NCBI GenBank assembly: GCA_016873775.1
Contig: VGWC01000004.1
Span: forward strand, 1,830 to 65,829
Length of the DNA stretch: 64,000 bases
Direction of reading: 5' to 3'
Source of the DNA: Ignavibacteria bacterium
GTDB lineage: Bacteria > Bacteroidota > Ignavibacteria > UBA10030 > F1-140-MAGs086
Shown: positions 48,168 to 57,931 of the stretch, in pieces
Layout of the letters: the number at the start of each line of letters is the position of its first letter
Numbering within the stretch: the stretch's first letter is position 1
Notes under the pieces: model-generated
Seen by the model: the letters and a program-made list of their open reading frames with translations, nothing else
Databases searched by the model: none
Told to the model about the DNA's origin: nothing
Made by a program: the position numbers and the translations under genes

Positions 48168-48473
48168 GTGAATATTTCTAAAGCAGATTTAGTTACCCGC
48201 GTCGCCAACGGTACCGGAGTTACAAAATTAGAAACCGAAGCGATCGTTGACGGTTTTTTAGAATCAATCAAGGATACACTGATAGACGGAAGCAATATTG
48301 AAATCCGCGGATTCGGAAGTTTTAAAGTCGTACTGCGTAAACCGCGTGTTGGTCGCAATCCAAAAACGGGTATCAAAGTTCCCATTGATGAACAATTTAC
48401 TCCGTTTTTTAAAGTGTCAAAAGATTTTAAAACTGCAGTCAATGCAAATTTGAAAAAGAAAGTAAGCCGTTGA
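48168..48473 (+). CDS. HU/IHF family DNA-binding protein
   Basis: 'KADLV', 'IEIRGFGSF', 'GRNPKTG', 'P.FK.SK'. Confidence 0.93.
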   Translation: MNISKADLVTRVANGTGVTKLETEAIVDGFLESIKDTLIDGSNIEIRGFGSFKVVLRKPRVGRNPKTGIKVPIDEQFTPFFKVSKDFKTAVNANLKKKVSR

Positions 48474-49555
48474 CTACACAAGAAAAATGTTCGCAATGCA
48501 ATGCAACATTAACAGGTGCCGATAAATATTGTCCCGAGTGCGGCAACAAGATTGATTGGGGAAAAAAGGGCAGCGACGATTTATACAATTTTTTTTCCAA
48601 GAAAGAAAATCTTCCCCAAAAGAAAACACGCGGAGGAAAATTCGTCTGCGATTTTTGCGGATATTCGAATAGTAAAAACGCATCCTATTGTGAAGGTTGT
48701 GGAGCAATTCTCTCTGTCGCACATTCTGCCGATGCGGACATAGCGGAAGAAGTAGAATTATTGTTCAATCAACCGCAGGTAAAACAGGCAGAACCAAAAT
48801 TGCCCGAGGAAATTTCTTTGCAAAAACAAAAAACTGTTTTCAATGAAAAACACCAGGAGCAGAAAATCGAAGCGCCAAAAATCTCTTCAGAAGTAGAAGA
48901 AAAAATTCCATCATACACCTTTGAACACAAATCGGAAAAGAAGCCAACGTACATTCCTCATGAAAAACCGAAAGTAGTGGAAGAATCGGTTATAAAAGAA
49001 CAAGTGAACGTGAAGACAAGAAAAAAAATTGATTTGTGGAAAATCTATCTCGCGTTTGTTGTGTTATTTTTGTTTGCATTGTTGTTTTTTACTTTTTATA
49101 GTGAAAAGAAAGCAGTCGTTCCGCAGACTCAACAACAATCTGAACCAGAACTTCAGCATTTGCAGCAATTAGAGGAGGAAATGAAAGCGCATCCGAATGA
49201 CGCAGAAGCGGTTTTGCATTATGCAAATGCGCTTCACGATGCAAGAATGTTCCCCCGCGCAATAGAACAATACATCAACTATCTTTCAATGAATCCCAAG
49301 AACGCAGATGCATTAGTGGATTTAGGTATTTGTTATTTCGAAACGAACAATGCAACAACCGCAATTACGAATATGAAAAAAGCAATTGCCATTCAACCGA
49401 AGCATCAAAAAGCGCATTTCAACATTGGGATTATTTCTTTGAACATAGGGGATATGAATACAGCAAAGGATTATTTTCAGAAAGCGGCACAACTAGATGA
49501 AAATTCGGAAACGGGAAAGCGTGCGAACGAATTTTTACAAACTCATTTTAAGTAA
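48470..49555 (+). CDS. Double zinc-ribbon + TM + TPR protein
   Basis: CSQC..CPECG and CDFCG..CEGCG; one TM segment; C-terminal TPRs. Confidence 0.85.
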   Translation: MTTQEKCSQCNATLTGADKYCPECGNKIDWGKKGSDDLYNFFSKKENLPQKKTRGGKFVCDFCGYSNSKNASYCEGCGAILSVAHSADADIAEEVELLFNQPQVKQAEPKLPEEISLQKQKTVFNEKHQEQKIEAPKISSEVEEKIPSYTFEHKSEKKPTYIPHEKPKVVEESVIKEQVNVKTRKKIDLWKIYLAFVVLFLFALLFFTFYSEKKAVVPQTQQQSEPELQHLQQLEEEMKAHPNDAEAVLHYANALHDARMFPRAIEQYINYLSMNPKNADALVDLGICYFETNNATTAITNMKKAIAIQPKHQKAHFNIGIISLNIGDMNTAKDYFQKAAQLDENSETGKRANEFLQTHFK

Positions 49556-49585
49556 TAATTTTAACTTTAATTAGAAAGAAAAAAA

Positions 49586-49681
49586 ATGCCTTGCGGAAAA
49601 AAACGTAAACGACATAAAATGTCAACGCATAAGCGAAAAAAACGTTTGCGAAAGAATCGGCACAAGAAACGAAACCGATAA
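49586..49681 (+). CDS. Small basic ribosomal protein bS22 (AURKAIP1/COX24-like)
   Basis: MPCGKKRKRHKMSTHKRKKRLRKNRHKKRNR; below the ORF-track length cut-off. Confidence 0.9.
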   Translation: MPCGKKRKRHKMSTHKRKKRLRKNRHKKRNR

Positions 49682-49700
49682 TGTTGAACGAGTTATGATA

Positions 49701-49740
49701 TATGAGATGTGCGTATAACAAACGCATATCTCATATTTTC
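49701..49740 (+). terminator. Intrinsic terminator
   Basis: atatgagatgtgcgt-ataacaa-acgcatatctcatat followed by ttt. Confidence 0.7.
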
Positions 49741-49749
49741 TATACTTCG

Positions 49750-50270
49750 ATGATGAAACGGAAATCGTTGATTGTTGTTTATTTCTATAGTATGTTTAGA
49801 AAACAATATTTCGCCGAGTTGGAGTTCGTACGTTCATAATCAGATAAATCGTTTTAGATAGAACACTTATCGGGCAAATACAACTGTTTTTTCAACGATA
49901 CGCGGAAGCGCTATATCATTTAATTGATATTGATTTTAACGATATGTATTCGTTTGAGATATCTTCCGTGCGATTTTTCTGCCGCAATTCAAATGTTTTC
50001 GTACAATACAATAACGGCAATTGAAATGCTTCGTTGGAAATTGCTTTAGCGATAGAAAGTTTATCTATTACAATGAAATTGCACGACAACGATTGGTTAC
50101 TGAAATAGAGTGCGTGGCTCTATCGTTATATTGCCGCTGTGCGTTAAAGATGAGCGGCAAAAAAAAATAAGATAGGCAATTACAAAAGTCAACAGAGCGA
50201 ACAGTGTGTTTCTGGTACACTGCGTGGGTGAATGCCGGAAAAACCACAGTTGCACAAAAAAATAAATTTT
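49750..50270 (+). pseudogene. Heavily eroded zinc-dependent phospholipase C / S1-P1 nuclease family remnant
   Basis: Ordered fragments: 'SWSSYVHNQINR', 'FFQRYAEALYHLIDID...YSF', 'LRW', 'LYRYIAA', 'FWYTAWVNAGK'. Confidence 0.6.
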
Positions 50271-50357
50271 TAAAAATGAACAAGTGTTTTTTGTTAGTTT
50301 GTTTTTAATTTTTAAGAGAAGTTTGTATAATTAACCCAACATTTCGGAGAACAATTT

Positions 50358-50705
50358 ATGTATCAAAATAAAAAAGAAGGCCTGGGAAAAGGTCTGCTTC
50401 TAGGATTTCTTATCGGAGGAATTGCAGGAGCAATAACTGGATTATTACTTGCGCCAAAAACCGGGAGAGAACTTCGAAGCGATATTCAAAGAAAATCGGA
50501 TGAAATAAAAGACGGTGCAAAAAAAATATTTACCGACACATCTTCCAAGATTCGAGGATTCGGAAAAACTGCTTACGAGCGAGGCGAAGAATTGTATGAT
50601 ACTGCTGGAGAAATTATTTCTGATACGATGGAACAAACATCGAAATTTTCCGATGCAGTCAAAGCAGGCTACGGAGCGTATAAAGAAGAACGAGACCGAG
50701 CATAA
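50358..50705 (+). CDS. YtxH-domain protein
   Basis: 'LLGFLIGGIAGAITGLLLAPKTGRELR'. Confidence 0.92.
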   Translation: MYQNKKEGLGKGLLLGFLIGGIAGAITGLLLAPKTGRELRSDIQRKSDEIKDGAKKIFTDTSSKIRGFGKTAYERGEELYDTAGEIISDTMEQTSKFSDAVKAGYGAYKEERDRA

Positions 50706-50717
50706 GCACTTTCTTTT

Positions 50718-51107
50718 ATGACTGAAACTACACTTCTCATCATTGTTATTCTTTCGTCGCTTTGCGTTTCCGCTGCGAGTATTTACCTCGTGATGATTTT
50801 TTATCGGATGGAAAAAAGTTTAGACCACCTTGATAAAAAGGTAAGCGCACTCTGCGAACAAACATTTCCGATTCTTGAGAATTTGAATGCCATTACGACA
50901 AAAGTTCGAACAATTACTGATAACCTTAACGAACAACTCTCGATAGTGAAGGATTCTGTTGAAAGTTTTCGAATTGCGATGGATGAAATTATTGCGTTCA
51001 AACGGAAAGTGCAACATCGCATCGAAGAACCCGTTATGGATTCCGTTTCATTTGTAACAGCGTTCGTGAAAGGCATTAAAGCTTTTTTTGAAAGAATGAG
51101 AAGTTGA
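50718..51107 (+). CDS. DUF948/YoxC-like membrane protein
   Basis: N-terminal TM plus coiled coil; usual neighbour of YtxH. Confidence 0.7.
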   Translation: MTETTLLIIVILSSLCVSAASIYLVMIFYRMEKSLDHLDKKVSALCEQTFPILENLNAITTKVRTITDNLNEQLSIVKDSVESFRIAMDEIIAFKRKVQHRIEEPVMDSVSFVTAFVKGIKAFFERMRS

Positions 51108-51289
51108 AAAAAATCCTCTTGACAATTTTTTCACAACGAAAGGAACAATATGTTGGCATTGTTCTTTTGCGCAACAGAATGCAGTAATTGGTTGCGTAAC
51201 AAATTTCACTTCTAAGTTTTTTCCCTTTCGACAATTCGTACATTTCTACAAGTTTATTCAATTATTTAACACACATCCTACTATTTTTT

Positions 51290-53434
51290 ATGAAAGAATT
51301 TTCCACTGAACAAATCAGAAATATAGCAGTTGCTGGGCACGGAGGTTCCGGAAAAACATCATTTACCGAAGCAATACTTTTTACTGCGGGCGCATCAACG
51401 CGTTTGGGAAAAGTCGAAGATGGTTCCACCCATTCCGATTATCGCGCCGACGAAATAGAACGAAAAATTTCTATCAACACTTCGTTATTGAATTGTGAAT
51501 GGAACAATACAAAAATCAATATCCTCGATACTCCCGGATATACGGATTTCACGGGCGATGTAAAAGCATCAATGCGAGTTGCCGATACTGCAGTCATTGT
51601 ACTCAAAGCATTTGAAGGAGTTGAAGTCGGAACGGAACTTGCGTGGAATTATACAAAGGAATATCAACTTCCAACAATTTTTGTCATCAATAAAATTGAC
51701 GGCGAACACGTTGATTTGCCAAAGGTTTTGAAAATGGTTCACGACCGTTTTGGCGGAGATGTAACAGTTGTTGAAATCCCTCTTGTTACTGGTCCTAATT
51801 TTCACGGTGTTGTTGATATTCTCAAAATGAAAGCGTTGGAATATCAATCGGATAAAGGAAAATATGTTGAAAAAGAAATTCCTTCTGACCATTTGCAAGA
51901 AGCAAAATATTTACGCGAATCATTTATTGAAAAAATTGCAGAGAGCGACGAAAAACTGATAGAGAAATTTTTTGAACAAGGAACTTTGAGCGACGAGGAA
52001 TTGCGCAACGGATTTCAAACAGCATTTTTCAACAGAAAAATATTTCCTTTGCTTTCTTGTTCTTCCACTAAAAATGTTGGTATCGCGGGCTTGTTAGATT
52101 TTCTTATTGAGTATGCACCGCATCCGGCACAACGCGATAAAACAAAAGCCAAATTTTCCGGAACAGAAAAAGAAATAATTATTCCGATGGAAAGTAAAGG
52201 AGAACCTGTTGGGTTTATTTTCAAAACTGTTTCAGAACCACACGTGGGCGAACTTTCATTCTTCAAAGTGTATTCCGGAACGTTTACCCATGGTTTGGAT
52301 TTGGTAAATCAAAAAAACGGAAAACCGGAACGCCTCTCGCAACTGTACGTAATGAATGGAAAGGAAAGAAAAGAAGTTGGTCATGTGTTTGCTGGCGATT
52401 TAGCCGCAGTAGTAAAATTAAAAGATACGCATACAAACAACACTCTATCGAGCAAATCATTTTCTATTGTACTTCCACTCATACAATTTCCGGAACCGGT
52501 AATCAGTCAATCCATTACTGCAAAATCGAAAGGGGACGAAGATAAAATCGGAAACGCACTTCATCGTTTGCACGAAGAAGACCCGACATTTGTTGTTTCT
52601 CACGATCAGGAATTGGTGCAAACAATAATCAATGGACAAGGTGAATTGCATTTAACGATATTAGTGAAACGAATGAAAGACCGCTATGGAGTTGAAGTAG
52701 ATATTCGTGAACCTCGTTATGCTTTCCGGGAACGCATACGTGGAACATCGCGCGTAAGTTATCGTCATAAAAAACAATCGGGCGGCGCAGGTCAATTCGG
52801 AGAAGTATATTTTCATATGGAAGCGTATCGTGAAGGCGCGCCATATCCATCGGATTTGACTATTCGCGGAAAGGAACTGGAAGATTTGCCGTGGGGAGGA
52901 AAACTCGAATTTGTGAACGCCATTGTTGGAGGAGCGGTTGATGCAAAATTTGTTCCAGCAGTAAAAAAAGGGATTATGGATATAATGACAAGCGGAGTTA
53001 TTGCCGGATATCCGGTTTCTGATGTGCGTGTCATTTTACACGATGGGAAAATGCATCCCGTAGATTCGAATGAAAATGCGTTCAAAACTGCGGGTAAAAT
53101 GGCGTTCAAAGATGGATTTTTACAGTCGAAACCTGTATTGTACGAACCGATTTATGAAATTGAAGTAACTGTTCCCGAAGAAAATATGGGTGATATCATG
53201 GGAGATATTTCAGGACGCAGGGGAAAAATTTTAGGAATGGATTCGAACGGAACGTATCAAATTGTCAAAGCATTAGTTCCGTTGAAAGAATTATACCGCT
53301 ATTCGACAACAGTTCGTTCGATGACGCAGGGACGCGGAATTCATCGGCAGAAGTTTGCGCACTACGAAGAAATGCCTCGTGAAATTATGGAAAAAGTTAT
53401 TACAGAAGCAAAACATAAAGTTGAAGAGGAATAG
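51290..53434 (+). CDS. fusA: Elongation factor G paralog (EF-G2 type)
   Basis: 'GHGGSGKT', 'DTPGYTDF', 'INKID', 'GQGELHL', 'HKKQSGGAGQF'; outside the str operon. Confidence 0.93.
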   Translation: MKEFSTEQIRNIAVAGHGGSGKTSFTEAILFTAGASTRLGKVEDGSTHSDYRADEIERKISINTSLLNCEWNNTKINILDTPGYTDFTGDVKASMRVADTAVIVLKAFEGVEVGTELAWNYTKEYQLPTIFVINKIDGEHVDLPKVLKMVHDRFGGDVTVVEIPLVTGPNFHGVVDILKMKALEYQSDKGKYVEKEIPSDHLQEAKYLRESFIEKIAESDEKLIEKFFEQGTLSDEELRNGFQTAFFNRKIFPLLSCSSTKNVGIAGLLDFLIEYAPHPAQRDKTKAKFSGTEKEIIIPMESKGEPVGFIFKTVSEPHVGELSFFKVYSGTFTHGLDLVNQKNGKPERLSQLYVMNGKERKEVGHVFAGDLAAVVKLKDTHTNNTLSSKSFSIVLPLIQFPEPVISQSITAKSKGDEDKIGNALHRLHEEDPTFVVSHDQELVQTIINGQGELHLTILVKRMKDRYGVEVDIREPRYAFRERIRGTSRVSYRHKKQSGGAGQFGEVYFHMEAYREGAPYPSDLTIRGKELEDLPWGGKLEFVNAIVGGAVDAKFVPAVKKGIMDIMTSGVIAGYPVSDVRVILHDGKMHPVDSNENAFKTAGKMAFKDGFLQSKPVLYEPIYEIEVTVPEENMGDIMGDISGRRGKILGMDSNGTYQIVKALVPLKELYRYSTTVRSMTQGRGIHRQKFAHYEEMPREIMEKVITEAKHKVEEE

Positions 53435-53517
53435 AATTTCGTTGTATATTTTCCATAGCGCATTAATATTGAAAATTGTTTGTATGAAAATTTTCCATCT
53501 AAAATCGAACAATTAAA

Positions 53518-54015
53518 ATGGAACGACTTTGGTCTCCGTGGCGCTCAAAATACATTGCAACGTTTTCTGAAAAAAAAGAAAACAAGAAAGAATCGTGCGC
53601 AATGTGTGAAGCATATAAAGCGAACGACGATGATGAACGTCTTATCGCTTGGAGAGAACAACATTGTTTCGTCTTGATGAATTTGTTTCCGTATAACAGC
53701 GGGCATTTATTGATTGTACCATATAAACATACCGCAACAATCAGTAATCTCGATGAGAATGAGAGGAAGGAAATAATGCAATTGATATGCAACCTTTCCG
53801 AAGTACTGCGTTCCGTGATGCATGCTGAAGGATTAAATATCGGATGTAATGTTGGTCGTATTGCAGGTGCAGGAATTGAAAGCCATATTCATTTTCATAT
53901 TGTTCCCCGATGGAACGGCGACACAAATTTTCTTCCGGTTTTTGCCGACACAAAAGTTATTTCAGAAGAAATGCATGGTACGATGGTGAAGTTACGGAGA
54001 GCATTTGGAGTGTGA
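53518..54015 (+). CDS. HIT-family hydrolase (Ap4A phosphorylase-like)
   Basis: 'LWSPWR..YI', 'NLFPYNSGH', 'HIHFHIVPRW.GD'. Confidence 0.92.
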   Translation: MERLWSPWRSKYIATFSEKKENKKESCAMCEAYKANDDDERLIAWREQHCFVLMNLFPYNSGHLLIVPYKHTATISNLDENERKEIMQLICNLSEVLRSVMHAEGLNIGCNVGRIAGAGIESHIHFHIVPRWNGDTNFLPVFADTKVISEEMHGTMVKLRRAFGV

Positions 54016-54028
54016 CGTAATATTCATT

Positions 54029-55213
54029 TCATAAAATTGGATGATACGCTAAACTCGAACCCACCCACGTTTTATTTTTGTTAAAATTTACTCCCATCAT
54101 TTTTCCTTTGCTCATTCGAACAAGATTGTTCACGAGCAATGGTAGTTCTTTCCATACGAACATCATTCGTATTTCTGCTTTTGCACATCCGTCTGGAGTT
54201 TCTACGAGTTGTGCGTAGTCTATTTTTTTTTGTAAAATAAAATTTTGTTTATCAGGAATTCCGTCAAGAAGTTCTTTGGTAACATCAATTTCGACTCCAG
54301 CGCCTGCAAATGAATATAACGGCTTCAAAACGTACTGATGTAAATTTACCGGATACGTATGAAGGTCGTTCAAAAAAAACGAAGCAGGAGCGTACGCACT
54401 TTTGATGAACGGAAGAGAAAATTTGCTGATTCGGAAAAACCAATTCGGATGTCCAATCCATTCAACATCGAGTTCGTCGGTAAACTGGAAATTCAGTGAA
54501 AGGTTTTTTCGTTGAAGTTCGTCAAAGATAACGCGGTTGTAAATTTTTTCGATGAGAATTTCTTTTCCGTTTTCTTTGTAAAAAAGTTTTTTCCCTCGTT
54601 TGAAAATTTTCGTGATACATTTGCTTTTCACTCCCAGCATTGATTCTGTACACGCAAAATCAATGCGGGTTTTTTGACGTTCGGGTTCTATTTCGAGGAG
54701 AATAACATTTTCGGGAGAAGCGTTTCCGATAATAATTTCCTTGAGTAATTGAATATACGATGAGCCGTTGAAACCATTGAAATACGGTTCAAAATTATTC
54801 GGAACGAAAAAATGATTTCGTGTTACGGTATCAAGCAGCACCTGAAAACAATATAATGATGGAAAACCCTGCAGTTCTATGAGTTGCGGAATGAATGTTC
54901 CGTTTCCATCTTGAGAAATTGCAAAATCAATTTGCAGAAATGTTGGATGTTCCGTTTCATTCGGAACGACAAGATTTTTCGGAATTGCTTTTTTTGAATG
55001 TTCAAGATATTCGTTGGAAAATATGAACGAGATAATTTCGTTTGCTGCGAATACAAGTTGTCGTGTCAACGTTTCGGAAAGAAACAGCGGTGTTTCACAC
55101 GAGCGAAAATCGGTGGGATATTTTTCCTTCGTGTTGAGTTCGTGCAGAAAAGCGTTATATGCTTGTTCGGTAAATTCTTCGTTGTATTTTTTTCTAAGTT
55201 CAGGAATCATCAA
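54029..55213 (-). CDS. Circularly permuted ATP-grasp-like ligase (uncharacterised)
   Basis: 'DFAI...PQLIELQGFPS', 'IYNRVIFDEL', 'VLKPLYSFAGAGV', 'FILQKKI.Y', 'EIRMM'. Confidence 0.65.
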   Translation of the reverse strand: MMIPELRKKYNEEFTEQAYNAFLHELNTKEKYPTDFRSCETPLFLSETLTRQLVFAANEIISFIFSNEYLEHSKKAIPKNLVVPNETEHPTFLQIDFAISQDGNGTFIPQLIELQGFPSLYCFQVLLDTVTRNHFFVPNNFEPYFNGFNGSSYIQLLKEIIIGNASPENVILLEIEPERQKTRIDFACTESMLGVKSKCITKIFKRGKKLFYKENGKEILIEKIYNRVIFDELQRKNLSLNFQFTDELDVEWIGHPNWFFRISKFSLPFIKSAYAPASFFLNDLHTYPVNLHQYVLKPLYSFAGAGVEIDVTKELLDGIPDKQNFILQKKIDYAQLVETPDGCAKAEIRMMFVWKELPLLVNNLVRMSKGKMMGVNFNKNKTWVGSSLAYHPIL

Positions 55214-55256
55214 TGCTTCAGTGAGAGATGAATAAAAGGAAATTGTTCTTCTTTAC

Positions 55257-56291
55257 TCAAATAAGAAACGTGCCGTTTTTCATTACTTGTTCGCTATCCA
55301 TCCAAATATCAAAACTGCGTCCAACGCAGTCAATATGCGTAGTAGAAACCCAAGTTGCGCCGGTGTGGTCGCCGTACGGATTTCCGAAAGCGATATGTAC
55401 GCCGGGAATTTTTTCATCTTGTAAAATTTGACCGCTGATTTCTTGAACGGCGATATTTGTTCCGATAGCAAATTCGCCGACTCGGTTACTGTTTTCATCT
55501 GTTGAGACATATTCGGAAAATTCATCCAGGAGTTTTTTGTTTGTGCAACGCAAATTTTTAATTATGCTATTTTCAATATCAATGAAGAGCGGCGTTTCTT
55601 TTATGTCGCCAAAACGTGGACAAAGATAATCGCCAACGACGCCGTCAACAACAAATAATCCGTTCACCGTTGCAGGAGTAGTCAGAATTTCGCCGCCGGG
55701 TAAATTTCCCCATTTTTCTGTTGTAATAATACCGCTTGTTTTCAACCATTTGAGCGAAGGAGAAAATTCTGCAATAATATTTGTACCTCCTTTTGAACGG
55801 GCGCGAATCATTTTTGCTTTTCGCGCTTTTTCAACAAGGATAGTGCTGATTGCATCAACATTGTGAAAATCTGCACGCATTCCTTCACACATAATTTTTT
55901 TGGTAATATTTACCATGTGTGCGTGTCGAATTTTATATTTGTTCACAACGTTTGTCATTTGAATGCGCGAGCCGAGTTCTCCCGATTGTGCTACACACGC
56001 AAAGATACTCACGTGCGATTTTGCAAGGTCGTCAAGAATAATTTGCGGCATATCATTGAGAGGACGTTGCGCATAATTTTCCAGAACAAACAGAGAAAAT
56101 TCTGAGCCAACGTTGATGATTTCGTGCACTAACGAAGCGGCAATTTCAAAACATTCGTTGTCGGTGATGATTGTAACTCGCTCATTGCGTTGTAAGCGCA
56201 AACAAGTACCGATGGCATTATGTGCGCCGAGTGAAAGTTCGGAATCAAAAATATTATCTTGCGGCGTATTTGTATTGTTGTATTGCGGCAT
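55257..56291 (-). CDS. M29 family aminopeptidase
   Basis: 'GNLPGGEI', 'VGEFAIGTN', 'DEKIPGVHIAFG', 'HID'. Confidence 0.88.
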   Translation of the reverse strand: MPQYNNTNTPQDNIFDSELSLGAHNAIGTCLRLQRNERVTIITDNECFEIAASLVHEIINVGSEFSLFVLENYAQRPLNDMPQIILDDLAKSHVSIFACVAQSGELGSRIQMTNVVNKYKIRHAHMVNITKKIMCEGMRADFHNVDAISTILVEKARKAKMIRARSKGGTNIIAEFSPSLKWLKTSGIITTEKWGNLPGGEILTTPATVNGLFVVDGVVGDYLCPRFGDIKETPLFIDIENSIIKNLRCTNKKLLDEFSEYVSTDENSNRVGEFAIGTNIAVQEISGQILQDEKIPGVHIAFGNPYGDHTGATWVSTTHIDCVGRSFDIWMDSEQVMKNGTFLI

Positions 56292-56294
56292 AAA

Positions 56295-57404
56295 TTATTG
56301 TAAACCAATGTGTGTTTCTGAAATAATATAATCAACAACTTTTTTGACATCTTGTGTTTTGTTCCACACATCAAGTTGTCTATCGGCGCCGGTTCCCATT
56401 GCGGCGATGTTCATGAGGTAATTCACATCGTTGCGGCAATCAAGTTCGTCAACCACATCGTCAACAAATTCAATCAGTTCCATCATCAATAATTTTGCAT
56501 CCACTTCTTCTTGCTTTCCCAAATCAATAAGTTTTCCTTGGATACCATATCGAGCGGCGCGCCATTTATTTTCATTGAGTAAAATTCTTCGGTATAAACG
56601 AAAACCGAGATTTGCTTTGATGAGTTTGTATAATTTTGCTGTGATTGCCTGAGCAGTTGCCGCAAGAGCAATAGTTTCATCAACGCGCATTGGTAAATCG
56701 AAGACGCGATATTCAATGGTATCAAAAAACGGATGAATGCGCACATCCCACCAAATTTTTTTAGGATTGTCAATACAGTTCAATTTGATGAGCCAACTGA
56801 TATAATTATCGTATTCCGAAAGACTCACAAAATGGTCGGGAATTCCTGTACGCGGAAATCGTTCGAAAATTTTTGTGCGATACGATTTAAATCCTGTATT
56901 TCTTCCGAGCCAAAAAGGAGAGTTCGTAGAAAATGCGAGAAGGTGCGGAAGAAAATAACGCGCGGCATTCATAATGTTAATGGCAATTTCGCGATTTGGA
57001 AGCCCAACGTGAACATGAAGTCCGAAAATTAAATTTGCGCGCGCGACATCCTGCATATCATCTACAATAGTTTTGTAACGCGGATGTTCAGTAATTTTTT
57101 GTTTTGACCAATGAGAAAAAGGATGTGTTCCTGCCGCCGCTATGCGTAATCCGCTTTCTTTTGCAAGTTGTGCAAGTGTACTTCGAAGTTGAATTACTTC
57201 TTTGCGAGCGGCTGTAATGTTTTCGCAAATGTTTGTTCCAACTTCAACGACGGATTGATGCATTTCCGGTTTTACTTGTTCCAAAAGCACACGTTTTCCT
57301 TGTTCGAGAATTTGATTGATGTGGGAACGCAATTCTCGCGTTTCCGGATCAACGATTTGAAATTCTTCTTCTATTCCGAGTGTGAATAATTTTTTTTCTG
57401 ACAT
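56295..57404 (-). CDS. Carboxylate-amine ligase, YbdK/GCS2 family
   Basis: 'TLGIEEEFQIVD', 'AAGTHPF', 'FGLHVHVG', 'WWDVR.HP...TIEYR', 'ENKWRAARYG'. Confidence 0.93.
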   Translation of the reverse strand: MSEKKLFTLGIEEEFQIVDPETRELRSHINQILEQGKRVLLEQVKPEMHQSVVEVGTNICENITAARKEVIQLRSTLAQLAKESGLRIAAAGTHPFSHWSKQKITEHPRYKTIVDDMQDVARANLIFGLHVHVGLPNREIAINIMNAARYFLPHLLAFSTNSPFWLGRNTGFKSYRTKIFERFPRTGIPDHFVSLSEYDNYISWLIKLNCIDNPKKIWWDVRIHPFFDTIEYRVFDLPMRVDETIALAATAQAITAKLYKLIKANLGFRLYRRILLNENKWRAARYGIQGKLIDLGKQEEVDAKLLMMELIEFVDDVVDELDCRNDVNYLMNIAAMGTGADRQLDVWNKTQDVKKVVDYIISETHIGLQ

Positions 57405-57925
57405 AGTTTTATCAATAATAGAATTTTTATTATCTCATTACCACAAGTTTCTTCATACTTACCAAATCTACTTGCGCAGACTTTCAACAACGCATCGGTA
57501 ACGCCAACGTCGTCGGCAGTAAGTGCAATTGTTGCAGAGTCGAGTGTGGTTATTGTGAGTGTTTTGGATGAATCGTATCTCGTGTTTCCCCGCAATCGGT
57601 ATGCTTTGTAGGTATAGGTGCGTCCGCGGAAAAGTGTTGTATCGAGGAGGAGCGTATCTTGTGCAACGAGCGTATCGGTAATAAAGTGTACGCCATTTTT
57701 AAAGAGAGAAAAACTTCTCGGCGGTTTTGTCTCTGTAAAATGTAATCGCAATACTATTCTTGTAATACCAATACTTTCAGTAGATATGCTTACCGTCGGT
57801 ATATACTCCGGCATAGGAGGAATTTCTCTGCATTTCAATAAAAGCAAAAGAATAATCACTCCAGTATAGACAATTCGGAGAAACACCAAAAATATTTTTT
57901 TTGGAATATTCATTCTGTGATACAA
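57371..57925 (-). CDS. Truncated lipoprotein-like/FnIII-like fragment (possible pseudogene)
   Basis: Hydrophobic stretch ending LLKC; 'DT.LLDT.L..G.TYTYKAY'; a second repeat begins (ALTADDVGVTDALL) then breaks off; overlaps the next gene. Confidence 0.45.
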   Translation of the reverse strand: MYHRMNIPKKIFLVFLRIVYTGVIILLLLLKCREIPPMPEYIPTVSISTESIGITRIVLRLHFTETKPPRSFSLFKNGVHFITDTLVAQDTLLLDTTLFRGRTYTYKAYRLRGNTRYDSSKTLTITTLDSATIALTADDVGVTDALLKVCASRFGKYEETCGNEIIKILLLIKLCQKKNYSHSE

Positions 57926-57931
57926 TACATA

